Shown here in pieces: positions 11,038 to 22,020 of a stretch of 64,000 nt of DNA. Within the stretch, counting starts at the first letter, position 1. Each line of letters begins with the position of its first letter. This stretch comes from an uncultured delta proteobacterium (lineage in GTDB: Bacteria; Myxococcota; Myxococcia; Myxococcales; Anaeromyxobacteraceae), in assembly GCA_963845515.1 (NCBI GenBank), contig CAWJSR010000015.1, positions 32,001-96,000 on the forward strand. The letters are read 5' to 3'. The translations under genes were made by a program, and so were the position numbers. A model generated the notes under the pieces. The model saw only the letters and a program-made list of their open reading frames with translations. It was not told where the DNA came from and did not search any database.

Positions 11038-11961
11038 GCGCGGCCCGAGTAGCCAACACCTCTCCCCCGCCTCTGCGGGGGGAGGCGCGCCAAGAGGCGC
11101 TGCCATGCCGAGGGGGCTGATCTTGCGGCGCTGGCGAAGCTGAGGATCTCCCTCCTCTCCACCCTCTCCGCCGCCACCGGCTTCCTGGCCGCCTCGCGCG
11201 AGCTGCGCGCACCCCTCGCCGCGACGCTCGCAGGCACCTTCCTCCTCGCCGCCGCCGCCGCCGCGCTCAACGAGGTCCTCGACCGGAAGCGTGATGCGCT
11301 CATGCTGCGGACCCGCGCGCGCCCGATCCCCGCGGGCCGGCTCGGCGTGCGGCCGGCGCTCGGCTTCGTCGTGCTCACCTCGGCGGCCGGCACCGCGCTC
11401 CTCGCCGGCGGCGCGGGGCCAGTGCCCGCGCTCCTCGGCCTCGCCGCCCTCCTCTGGTACGACGCCGTCTACACCCCGCTGAAGCGCTTCACGGCGTTCG
11501 CGGTCCTGCCCGGCGCCGTCGTCGGCGCGCTCCCGCCAGCCATCGGCTGGACGGCCGCGGGAGGAGCGCTCTCCGACGGGCGGCTCCATGCGCTCTGCGT
11601 CTTCTTCCTCCTCTGGCAGGTGCCCCACTTCTGGCTGCTCGCGCTCCGGCACGCCGAGGACTACCGGCGCGCCGGGCTGCCGACGCCGGCGAGCCGCTTC
11701 TCCCCCGCGCAGATGGGGCGGATCACCGTGACGTGGACCCTCGCCACCGCCACCTCCACGCTCCTGCTGCCGCTCTTCGGCGTCACCCGAACCGCCCTGA
11801 CGGCCTTCGGGTTCGTGGCCGCGGCGGCGCTGCTCGGCCCCTCCACCCTGGCCCTGCTGGAGGCAGGCGAGCGCCGGGAGCCCCTGCGGCGAGGCTTCGT
11901 GGCGGTGAACGCGGTCGCCGTGGTGGTGATGATCCTCGTGTGCGCTGACGCCCTGCGCTGA
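11034..11961 (+). CDS. ctaB: Protoheme IX farnesyltransferase (heme o synthase); apparent frameshift in the G-run near 11112-11116
   Basis: KLRIS...ALNEVLDRKRDALMLRTRARPIP, YTPLKR and WQVPHFW motifs. The coding frame has no in-frame start upstream of 11302; the GTG at 11034 overlapping the ctaC stop is one base out of frame. Confidence 0.85.
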
Positions 11962-12039
11962 CCCCCGGCACCTCGCCCGGCGTCGAACCTGCCTTCGAGG
12001 GCTTTTCCTGCCCAAGCCGACCGTGTATGGATTCGCCGC

Positions 12040-12792
12040 ATGAAGACACTCACCGAGCTCGCCGGAACCCAGATTCGAATGGCAGCGGCCGCGATCGCCG
12101 AGGCGAAGCGGTCGCTCCCCCGCGAGGAGCCACCCGCGCCCTCCCCGGCGCCAGAGGCGGCCCTCGCCGAGGCAGTGCCCGCCGAGGCGGCGGCCGAAGC
12201 GGCAGCGCCCGCCGAGGCAGCCCCCGCCGAGGCGGCGCCCGAGGCAGGCGCTGCTGCCGAGCCCGTTGCCGCCCCCGAGGCCAGCGCCGCTGCGCCCGCC
12301 CAGCCGGACAAGCGCGCGAAGAAGGCCGAGCCGGTCGAGGAGGTGGAGAGCGACGCGGTGAAGGCTGCGCTCGACGCCGCCGTGGAGAAGGCCACCGGCA
12401 TCTCGGGCGATCGCCTCTCGCGGCTCCGCGACGCGGTCAAGGTCGTGGGGAACCGCTCCAAGGACGTGCGGCTCGTCCGGGTCTTCGGTCCCGAGGAGCC
12501 CGTCGCTGGCGCCAGGACGATCGGCGGCTTCCAGTACGTGGCCGACTTCTCGCCCGCCAACATGGCGCAGACGTTCAGCGGCCCGAAGAAGGAGCGCGGC
12601 GGCCGTGGCGGCGGAGGCGGAGGCGGCGGTGGACGCGGCGCCGGTTCGGGCGGCGGCACCAAGGCCGGCGCGACCGGCGGCTTCTCGATGGACTCGCTCC
12701 GCGAGGACCGCAAGGGGCAGCGCCCCGGCGGCGGCCGTCCGGGCGGCGGCGGCCGCAAGCCCGGCGGCGGCGGCGGACCGCGCGGCAAGTAG
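12040..12792 (+). CDS. Hypothetical protein with Ala/Glu/Pro-rich N-half and Gly/Arg-rich C-terminus
   Basis: 250-aa ORF with strong GC3 bias. Confidence 0.75.
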   Translation: MKTLTELAGTQIRMAAAAIAEAKRSLPREEPPAPSPAPEAALAEAVPAEAAAEAAAPAEAAPAEAAPEAGAAAEPVAAPEASAAAPAQPDKRAKKAEPVEEVESDAVKAALDAAVEKATGISGDRLSRLRDAVKVVGNRSKDVRLVRVFGPEEPVAGARTIGGFQYVADFSPANMAQTFSGPKKERGGRGGGGGGGGGRGAGSGGGTKAGATGGFSMDSLREDRKGQRPGGGRPGGGGRKPGGGGGPRGK

Positions 12793-12804
12793 CGGTCCGC
12801 TCTC

Positions 12805-12841
12805 CCCTCTCCCTCATCGAGGGAGAGGGTCAGGGCGAGGG
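12805..12841. repeat. REP-like palindrome (CCCTCTCCCTC-atc-GAGGGAGAGGG plus TCAGGGCGAGGG tail)
   Basis: Perfect 11-bp stem between convergent genes; same family as the copies at 17449, 40860, 46567, 46682 and 47819. Confidence 0.75.
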
Positions 12842-12848
12842 AGCGGCT

Positions 12849-13397
12849 TCACCGTCCCGCAGCGGGCTTCGCGCCCGCGCGGGACGCCGTCTCGTCCATG
12901 CTCGAGAAGAGCGAGGGCGGCGCGCGGTCCGGGTCTGCCTTGCCCGGGTGGCACACGACGCAGAACACCGTCATGCTCGGCGCCTGCTTGCCCGAGGCAA
13001 CCCGCAGGTACCGGTAGTTGGGGTTGGACGGGTGCGGGTCGTGGCAGGCCACGCACTCGAACTGTCCGTCGCGGAGCAGGTCCTCGGGGACCTTCGCGAG
13101 CCGCCGGTTCACGACGGCCCTCGAGAACGGGTGGCCGAGGTGATTCGCCACCGAGCCGAGCCCCTTGCCGCCCTCCGCCGGATCGGCGTGGCAGGCGAGG
13201 CAGAACTGGGTCACCGGCGCGTGCGGCTGGTTGGTCTTCGGGTCGAGCATCTTGCGGTTGGGCGCGACCGCGTACAGGTCCACCCCCTTCGCCGCGTGCA
13301 TCGAGTGGCAGCCGGTGCAGCCGATCTTGTCGTGCCCCCCCACGCCGAGGGCAGCGGCGGGTGCCACCAACGTCAGGACCAGCGCCAGGGTCCTCAT
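12849..13397 (-). CDS. Periplasmic tetraheme c-type cytochrome (doubled CxxCH-type)
   Basis: Signal peptide plus [18 protein letters not shown] and CVVCH. Confidence 0.88.
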   Translation of the reverse strand: MRTLALVLTLVAPAAALGVGGHDKIGCTGCHSMHAAKGVDLYAVAPNRKMLDPKTNQPHAPVTQFCLACHADPAEGGKGLGSVANHLGHPFSRAVVNRRLAKVPEDLLRDGQFECVACHDPHPSNPNYRYLRVASGKQAPSMTVFCVVCHPGKADPDRAPPSLFSSMDETASRAGAKPAAGR

Positions 13398-14859
13398 CGC
13401 CGCCTCCCTCCGAAGATCGAGCCGAGGACGCCGCGGATGATCTCCCGCCCGAGCTGCGTGCCCGCCGCCCGGACCGCGCTCGTCGCGACCTTGCCGAGGA
13501 GGTCGGCGGCGCCGCCCGGCTGGGGGCGGGCCGGCCGCTCGGCCTTCCGCTCCTGCGTCTGCCGGCGGCTCGATCGCCGCCGCCCGCTGCGAGAGCCGCT
13601 CGAAGGCAGAGTCGCGGTCGATCGCCTTCTCGTACTTGCCGGCGATGGGCGAGCCCTGGATCACCTCGCGCCGCTCCTCCGGCGACAGCGGCGAGAGCTG
13701 GCTGCGGGGCGGGACGACCCAGGCCCGCTCCACCGGCCTCGGCGTCCCGCTCGCGTCGAGCGTCGAGACCAGCGCCTCCCCCACCGCGAGCTGGGTGATC
13801 GCCTCCGCGGCGTCGAAGGCGGGGTTGGGCCGGAAGGTCTCGGCGGCAGTCCTCACCGCCTTCTGGTCACGCGGCGTGAAGGCGCGCAGCGCGTGCTGCA
13901 CGCGGTTGCCCAGCTGGCCGAGGACCGTCTCCGGCAGGTCGAGCGGGTTCTGCGTGACGAAGTAGACGCCGACCCCCTTCGAGCGGATGAGCCGGACCAC
14001 CTGCTCGATCTTCTCGCGCAGCTCGGCCGGCGCGTCGTCGAAGAGGAGGTGGGCCTCGTCGAAGAAGAAGACCAGCTTCGGCTTGTCGAGGTCGCCGACC
14101 TCGGGGAGGTCCTCGAAGAGCTCTGAGAGGAGCCAGAGCAGCAGCGCGCCGTAGAGCGCTGGTGAGCGCATCAGCCGGTCCGCGGCGAGGACCGTGACGA
14201 CGCCGCGGCCGCTCGCGTCGGTCCGCATGAGGTCGGCGAGCTCCAGCGCCGGCTCGCCGAAGAGCCGGTCGCCCCCCTGCTCCTCGAGCGTCAGCAGGCC
14301 GCGCTGGATGGCGCCGACGCTGGTGGAGGTGACGTTGCCGTACTGCTGGCGCAGCTCCGCCGCCTTCTCGGAGACGAGCTGGAGCATCGCCCGCAGGTCC
14401 TTCAGGTCGAGCAGCAGCAGGCCGTTGCTCGTCGGCGACCCGGAAGGCGATCTGCAGGACTCCCGCCTGCGTCTCGTTCAGCCCCAGGATCCGTCCGAGC
14501 AGGAGCGGCCCCATCTCCGAGATCGTCGTCCGGAGCGGGTGGCCCTGCTCTCCCCAGACGTCGAGGAAGACGGTCGGGCACGCCTCCGGGGGCAGCTCGA
14601 GCTTCAGCTCCTTGGCGCGCGCGAGGACGCGCGGGTCCGTCCCGCCGGGCAGCGCCAGCCCGGAGAGGTCCCCCTTCACGTCGGCCATGAAGACCGGGAC
14701 GCCCATCCGGGAGAAGCCCTCGGCGAGCACGCGGAGCGTGACGGTCTTGCCGGTGCCGGTGGCGCCGGCGACGAGCCCGTGCCTGTTGGCGAGCCTGGGC
14801 AGCAGCTCGACATCGGTCTTCGCGCGGGCGACGAGGAGGGGCGGGATCGGGTTGGGCAT
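13394..14859 (-). CDS. DUF853/YjgR HerA-like ATPase; apparent frameshifts near 14425 and 13570
   Basis: [49 protein letters not shown] and C-terminal [13 protein letters not shown], spread over three frames. Confidence 0.9.
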
Positions 14860-15026
14860 GTCCGACGTTTCTACCCTCTCGGGGAAGCGATGCAACGACC
14901 GAGCGCCGGTGCCAGATCCGTTTTCGGCGCCGCGCGTTGCACCTACAGGCGCCCCTATCGCGCCCTGCCCGGATCCTGCCAAGGTGTACTCCCCGGGGAT
15001 GCGGCCCTCGCCGCACTGGAGAACAG

Positions 15027-17444
15027 ATGCGCGTCCTGCTCGCCGGTCCTGACTTCGAGGCCAACCTCTCGCTCCTCTACCTGGCGGCGTCGCTGCGCGC
15101 CGCCGGGCACGAGCCGGTCATCGCCCCCTTCAACTGCTGGGAGGACGCGGCCTCGGTCGTCCGCGCGGCGCGCGACGCCGATCTGGTCGGCCTCTCGATG
15201 TGCTTCCAGGTGCGAGCGCTGGAGTTCCTGGCGCTCGCCGACGCGCTCAAGCGGGACGCCCCCGGCCGCCCGGTCGTCGCCGGCGGCCACCACGCCTCCT
15301 GCGCGGCGGACGAGCTGCTGGAGCACCACGCCGCGCTCGACGTCATCGTCCTCCACGAGGGGGAGGACTCGCTGGTCGAGCTGGCGGCGCTGGGGAGCGC
15401 GCTGGTGGCGCGCGCCAGCGAGGTCCCGGGGGTCGCCTTCCGGCGCGACGGCCGGGCCGCGCGCTCGGCGACGCGCCCGATCCGCGAGGCGCTCGACTCG
15501 CTCCCCCGGCCGGACCGCTCCGGCCCCGCCCGGCTCCTCTGCGGCGTGCCTACCGCCTACATGATGGGGAGCCGCGGGTGCGTCAGCGACTGCGACTACT
15601 GCTGCATCACGACGCTGCACCGGCTCTCCCCCGGCCCGCGCTTCCGTCAGCGCTCCCCAGAGGACGTCGCCGACGAGATGGCCGATCTCTACCACCGGCG
15701 GGGTGTGCGCCAGTTCGTCTTCCACGACGACAACTTCCTCGTGCCGAGCCAGGCGCACAACCGCGCACGGATCGGCGCCATCGACGCGGCGCTGAAGGGG
15801 CGCGGCGTCGGCGACGTCGGGCTCGTGCTCAAGTGCAGCCCGCGCGACGCCGAGCGCTCCACCCTCGAGCGGCTGCGCGACATGGGGCTCCTGCGGCTCT
15901 TCATGGGGATCGAGTCGGCCAGCGCCTGCGGCCTCGCGTCGATCGGGCGCCGCCAGACGGTCGAGCAGAACGAGCGGGCGCTCGCGACGACCGAGGCGCT
16001 CGGCATCTCGACGCAGTACACGCTCATCATCTTCCACCCCGAGGCGACGATCGCGTCGATGCTCGACGACCTCGACTTCGCCGGCCGCCACCCGGCGCAC
16101 CCGCTCAACTACTGCCGCGCCGAGGTCTACTCGGGGACGCCGCTCGAGGCCCGGATGGTGGCCGCCGGCCGCGCCGAGGGGAGCTACCTCGGTCGCACCT
16201 ACCGGTACACGGACCCGAAGGTCGCCCTCGTCTGGGAGACGGGCAGCGACCTCTTCGCGGGGCGCTGCTGGGGGAAGGACGACCTCCTCGGGAGGGTGAT
16301 CCGGATCGACCACCAGGTCGCGGTCCTCGGCCACTTCTACGAGGGGCGCAAGGTCCGGGAGCTCGTCCGGTCGTTCCAGGGCTGGCAGGTCGAGCTGAAC
16401 CTCGAGACCGCGGGGTACTTCCGCGAGCTGGTGCTGGCGTGCGGCGACGCGCGCGGGGTCGACGACCCGGTGCTGGAGCGCGTCGTCGACGGGATCCGGC
16501 GCAGGGAGGCGCCGGCGCGCGAGGTGCGGCTGCGCGAGCTCTGCCGCTACCGCGAGGCGCTCGAGCGGTTCGCCAACGCGTCCGTGGCGAGCGGGCGCCG
16601 CCACGCGATCGCCAGCCCACGGAGCCGGATGCTCGGCCCGCGCCATGCCGCCGCCGTCGCGGCCGCGATCGGGATGTTCGGCTGCGCGGTCGCGCACGAC
16701 CGCGGCATCCAGGAGGCGCCGCCGCCGCCGATGGACCGGCGGCCGCCCCCGGTCCCGCCGCCGCCGGAGCCGCCGGCGAAGGAGCCGGCCCGGACGGAGT
16801 CCAAGCAGCCGCAGCAGGGGCCATGGGTCCCGGTCGAGCCCGACTACGTGCGGGATGAGGGGGTGGCCGAGGCCGCGCCGCCGCCGTACGACCCCGTCAA
16901 GCCGCCGCCGATCGAGGAGCCGGTCAAGGTCCCCACGCCATTCCTCCACGACCACGGGGTAGCCGAGGCGGCGCCTCCTCCGTACGACGAGAGGGTCGTG
17001 AGACCCGACGACGAGGTCCTGACGAAGCGGTACCGGCACGACCAGGGGATCGCCGAGGCCGCGCCGCCCCCATACGATCGCATCAAGGAGATGGCGACGC
17101 AGCCGCAGATCTTCGACCTGAAGACGTCACCCTCGGTGCCGCTCACCTTCCGGGGCCAGCCCATCAACGGGCCCTTCAAGCTCGCCGCAGGGGACCCGCC
17201 GGTCACCCTCGGAGATGCCACGACCCCGATCCGCGCGACGCTGAGGATCCTCCCGCGCCCGGGCCGGCAAGCGATGGTCCGGGTGGAGTCGAGGGGGCCG
17301 CTCACCGTGACGCTCGACGGAAAGGCGGGGCCGACCCCCTTCACCGCCATGCTGCCGGAGGAGGGCGGACCGTTCGCCACCCTCCTGCTCGATGACCCGG
17401 CGACGGCGGCCCGCGTCGTGGTCCGCCTCATCGAGCGGCGCTGA
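15027..17444 (+). CDS. B12-binding-domain radical SAM protein fused to a lipoprotein-signal-like segment, four 14-aa motif repeats and a PEGA-like domain
   Basis: N-terminal B12-binding fold (LLYLAASLR..GHE, VVAGGHHAS, HEGE), GSRGCVSDCDYC (CxxxCxxC), FHDDNF and GIES motifs; C-terminal repeats described in the findings. Confidence 0.9.
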   Translation: MRVLLAGPDFEANLSLLYLAASLRAAGHEPVIAPFNCWEDAASVVRAARDADLVGLSMCFQVRALEFLALADALKRDAPGRPVVAGGHHASCAADELLEHHAALDVIVLHEGEDSLVELAALGSALVARASEVPGVAFRRDGRAARSATRPIREALDSLPRPDRSGPARLLCGVPTAYMMGSRGCVSDCDYCCITTLHRLSPGPRFRQRSPEDVADEMADLYHRRGVRQFVFHDDNFLVPSQAHNRARIGAIDAALKGRGVGDVGLVLKCSPRDAERSTLERLRDMGLLRLFMGIESASACGLASIGRRQTVEQNERALATTEALGISTQYTLIIFHPEATIASMLDDLDFAGRHPAHPLNYCRAEVYSGTPLEARMVAAGRAEGSYLGRTYRYTDPKVALVWETGSDLFAGRCWGKDDLLGRVIRIDHQVAVLGHFYEGRKVRELVRSFQGWQVELNLETAGYFRELVLACGDARGVDDPVLERVVDGIRRREAPAREVRLRELCRYREALERFANASVASGRRHAIASPRSRMLGPRHAAAVAAAIGMFGCAVAHDRGIQEAPPPPMDRRPPPVPPPPEPPAKEPARTESKQPQQGPWVPVEPDYVRDEGVAEAAPPPYDPVKPPPIEEPVKVPTPFLHDHGVAEAAPPPYDERVVRPDDEVLTKRYRHDQGIAEAAPPPYDRIKEMATQPQIFDLKTSPSVPLTFRGQPINGPFKLAAGDPPVTLGDATTPIRATLRILPRPGRQAMVRVESRGPLTVTLDGKAGPTPFTAMLPEEGGPFATLLLDDPATAARVVVRLIERR
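16695..17078 (+). repeat. Four in-frame copies of a 42-bp/14-aa motif: HDRGIQEAPPPPMD (16695-16736), RDEGVAEAAPPPYD (16851-16892), HDHGVAEAAPPPYD (16947-16988), HDQGIAEAAPPPYD (17037-17078)
   Basis: Read directly from the sequence. The spacers between copies are unrelated, and copies differ at synonymous positions. Confidence 0.92.
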
Positions 17445-17448
17445 CACC

Positions 17449-17496
17449 TCATGATGATCCTCCCTCTCCCCCACATACAAGGGTCAGGGTGAGGGG
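17449..17496. repeat. Degenerate REP-like element
   Basis: catgatgatcctccctctcccccac...gggtcagggtgaggggg matches the reverse complement of the 46682-46732 copy, including the catgatgatc flank. Confidence 0.6.
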
Positions 17497-17506
17497 GCGA
17501 CGGTGG

Positions 17507-18124
17507 CTACCGCTCCGGCGGCTGGACCCGGTGCACGTCCTTCGGCAGCTTCACGTCGAAGTCCGAGTCCTTCAGTCCGCGGTTGGTCTCGATCTTCTCG
17601 AAGACCACCCTGTTCTCGTTCCCTGAGCCGTCGCGGACGCGGGTCTCGGTCACCTGGCCCGACGAGGCCACGACCAGCAGGATCGAGGCCACGCGAGGGT
17701 CGGCCTCCTTCGGGCGCAGCAGCAGCCCCCCGGCGCCGTCGGTCGCGAAGTCGAACTCCTTCGCGAGGTCGCCGGTGCCCACGAGGAAGGTGACGGCGGC
17801 GCTCATCGCCGACGCGTCGAACCTCTCGTCGACGAAGGCCTGGTTCTCCTCCGGCTCGTACTGCACGAGCCGCTTCCCCTTCACCGCCACCGTCTTCGGC
17901 GCTGGGCTCTCGTAGTCCCACCGCATCATCCCGGGCTTCTTGACGCGCAGCCTCCCCTTCGAGACCTGCGAGCGCCCGAAGCTCGCGTAGGTGTACGTCT
18001 GGGTGAAGCGGGCCTCGAGGTCGCGGGTGCGCTCGTAGAAACCCTGGACCCGCTGCGCGAGCGCTGCGGCGTCGGGTGAGGAGGACAGCGCTAGGAGCAT
18101 GGCGGCGGCGTGTGGAGCGAGCAT
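17507..18124 (-). CDS. lolA: Outer-membrane lipoprotein carrier protein LolA
   Basis: ARFTQT, G.L.VKKPGMMRWDY..P and C-terminal N.GL.D..F motifs; signal peptide. Confidence 0.88.
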   Translation of the reverse strand: MLAPHAAAMLLALSSSPDAAALAQRVQGFYERTRDLEARFTQTYTYASFGRSQVSKGRLRVKKPGMMRWDYESPAPKTVAVKGKRLVQYEPEENQAFVDERFDASAMSAAVTFLVGTGDLAKEFDFATDGAGGLLLRPKEADPRVASILLVVASSGQVTETRVRDGSGNENRVVFEKIETNRGLKDSDFDVKLPKDVHRVQPPER

Positions 18125-18237
18125 GGAGCCTCCTCCATAGCAGACGCGCGGGGGTCGACGGCATTCACGGAGCGGGCCGGCGCGCCGTGTCCCGCCCTTG
18201 ACGCACCCTGGCGTACGAGGGATCCTCGCCGGCCCTG

Positions 18238-18519
18238 ATGCGCAGACTCCTCGTCATCGCCGCCCTCACCGCCCTCACCGCCTGCACGAAGCCGTGCGAG
18301 GAGCTGGGCAACCTCATCTGCAAGTGCTCGCCGACCGGGACGTCGACGGACACCTGCGAGCGGCAGGTGAGCAACGTCTATGACAGCGCAGATCCGTCCA
18401 AGGATCAGGACGCGCGCTGCGCCGACTACCTCGACAGCTGCGACGCCCCGAACGACGTCGACTTCTGCGAGTGGCTCTCGAGCCCGGACGGCAAGACCGC
18501 CTGCGGCCTCGCCTACTGA
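18238..18519 (+). CDS. Small Cys-rich lipoprotein
   Basis: Lipobox LTA-C plus 8 further Cys in 93 aa. Confidence 0.8.
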   Translation: MRRLLVIAALTALTACTKPCEELGNLICKCSPTGTSTDTCERQVSNVYDSADPSKDQDARCADYLDSCDAPNDVDFCEWLSSPDGKTACGLAY

Positions 18520-18633
18520 TCGACCCCCCGCATCCCCTCGCGCCCGGCCTCTGCTCCCGCGCTCCGCGCCGGGGAGGTGGCGTCACGTCCTCCGTTCGTG
18601 GCATCGTGCCGTTCACTCTCAGGGAGGGACGAC

Positions 18634-19305
18634 GTGGCGCCAGACGTGACTCAGAGCGAGCCCCCGCGCGTCTTCGTAGGCTTCTCCACCCCGAAGCGCT
18701 GGAACCCGCTCTCGTGGGCCATCCGACGCGCCACCGACTCACCTGCGAGCCATGCCTGGCTCCTCGTCGACGACCCGGTCTTCAAGGTCCGGCTCGTCGT
18801 CGAGGCGGGGGTGACGGGGTTCCGGATCGAGTCGCTCGCCCGCTTCGAGAAGACCAACGTGATCGTCGCGATCGTCGCGCCGCAGCACCGGCTCGAGGAG
18901 GGGATGCCCGAGACGGCCCGCTGGCTGGGAGAGAAGTTCGACAAGCGGGGGCTCGCCGGCATGGCGTGGGTGCTCATCGGGCGGCTCTTCTTCCACGCGC
19001 GCTGGAAGAACCCTTTCCGTAGCGTGAAGGCCCTCTTCTGCTCCGAGGCGGTGGCCAGATCCCTCGTCGAGGCGAGGTACCCCGGGGCCGCCGAGCTCTT
19101 CGAGGGCAAGGAGGAGGAGGTCGCCCCCGGCGATCTCCTGCGCTGGTTCGAGCGGGATGGGGCGAGCGTCGTCCGCTACGGAGCCGACATCACCAGCGTG
19201 ACCCCGGTCGACGCCCCCGCGCTCTACCACGACGCCCTGGAGCCGATCCCCTGGCCACTCGTCGGCCGGCGCCGGTCCAAGGGGCAGCTCCTCGCGGAGC
19301 CGTGA
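18634..19305 (+). CDS. Permuted papain-like (YiiX/YaeF-type NlpC/P60) amidase-like protein
   Basis: SHAWL (His) precedes LFCSEAV (Cys), the circularly permuted order. GGAGG precedes the GTG at 18634. Confidence 0.65.
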   Translation: MAPDVTQSEPPRVFVGFSTPKRWNPLSWAIRRATDSPASHAWLLVDDPVFKVRLVVEAGVTGFRIESLARFEKTNVIVAIVAPQHRLEEGMPETARWLGEKFDKRGLAGMAWVLIGRLFFHARWKNPFRSVKALFCSEAVARSLVEARYPGAAELFEGKEEEVAPGDLLRWFERDGASVVRYGADITSVTPVDAPALYHDALEPIPWPLVGRRRSKGQLLAEP

Positions 19306-19309
19306 CCGC

Positions 19310-20074
19310 ATGCAGACCATGAGGCGGCTGATCAGGATCCTCTCCCTCGCGTCGCTCACCCTCTTCGCGGACCGGGCGGTCGCGCAGCCGTGGCCGTCGG
19401 AGCCCGCGCAGCAGCCCCCCGCCGCGCTCCAGCCGCGCCCGTCGTTCCGCCCGTCGTTCGGCGCGGCGTCCGTCGTCTTCGACGACGCCGGGGGGCACCG
19501 GGTCGAGCAGAGCGGCGTCGCGCTCCAGCTGCGGCTCAGCGACCCGATCTCGGAGCACTTCGACGCGAACGTCAACGTCACCTGGGGGCTGACCGACTGG
19601 GAGCGCGCCAGGGAGTGGATCGACGCGGGCAACTCCTCCGGGTCCTGGACCACCGAGAAGATCGAGTCGGTCGCCGACTGGGTCGGCGAAGGCGGCGACT
19701 CGCAGCCGCTTCGGTTCATGGCGGCGATCTTCGCCGAGTTCGTCCTGGTCGCGACGTACGCGGCGGTGCCGTTCTGCTACGTCGGCAGCGTCGGGGGAGC
19801 CACGAGCCACCTGCAGTTCGACGCCACCGGCACGGCCTACCTGACCCGTGGCGCGGTCGATCTGTGGGCCGAGGGTGGGCTCGGCGTGACCACGCTGCCG
19901 GTCCGGTTCCTCGACTGGAGCTACGCGATCGGCCCGGTGGTCGGCGTGGGGCTCGACGTCGGGCCGCTCCGCGTCGGCGCCCGCGCCCTCTGGTCGCCAG
20001 GCGGGCTCAACTCGTCGGAGCGCGGCGACCGGAGCGTCACGACCGCGTCGCTGACGGTCGGCAAGCGGTACTGA
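19310..20074 (+). CDS. Exported hypothetical protein, possibly beta-barrel-like
   Basis: Signal peptide, alternating-pattern beta strands and a terminal aromatic residue. Confidence 0.7.
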   Translation: MQTMRRLIRILSLASLTLFADRAVAQPWPSEPAQQPPAALQPRPSFRPSFGAASVVFDDAGGHRVEQSGVALQLRLSDPISEHFDANVNVTWGLTDWERAREWIDAGNSSGSWTTEKIESVADWVGEGGDSQPLRFMAAIFAEFVLVATYAAVPFCYVGSVGGATSHLQFDATGTAYLTRGAVDLWAEGGLGVTTLPVRFLDWSYAIGPVVGVGLDVGPLRVGARALWSPGGLNSSERGDRSVTTASLTVGKRY

Positions 20075-20147
20075 CCTGGTAATGACCGAGGGCCCTTCCC
20101 ATCCGAGGGAGGGGGCCCGACGTCGCCGGCGGGGAGGGCGCGCCCTC

Positions 20148-21812
<1,665 letters not shown>

Positions 21813-22020
21813 GGCGGTCGCTTCTACCGACATAGTCGCCGCGGGGCAACGGGCGGGCGCCCCGCACGCGGGCTCCACGTTCCTCGCGTAAGGGCCGCCT
21901 CACCCGTTCAGCCTGCCCACCCCTCCGCACATCGCGCTCTCCCGCACGCGCGGGTAGACTCCCCGGGCCACATGAATCGCCTCTCACTCCTTCGACAGCG
22001 GCCTCGCGCAGCTCCTCGTC

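Noticed and set aside
12849..14387. Apparent HerA-ATPase/multiheme cytochrome fusion
   Set aside because: Caused by a frameshift near 13570. The ATPase ends at 13394 in another frame and the cytochrome has its own signal peptide.
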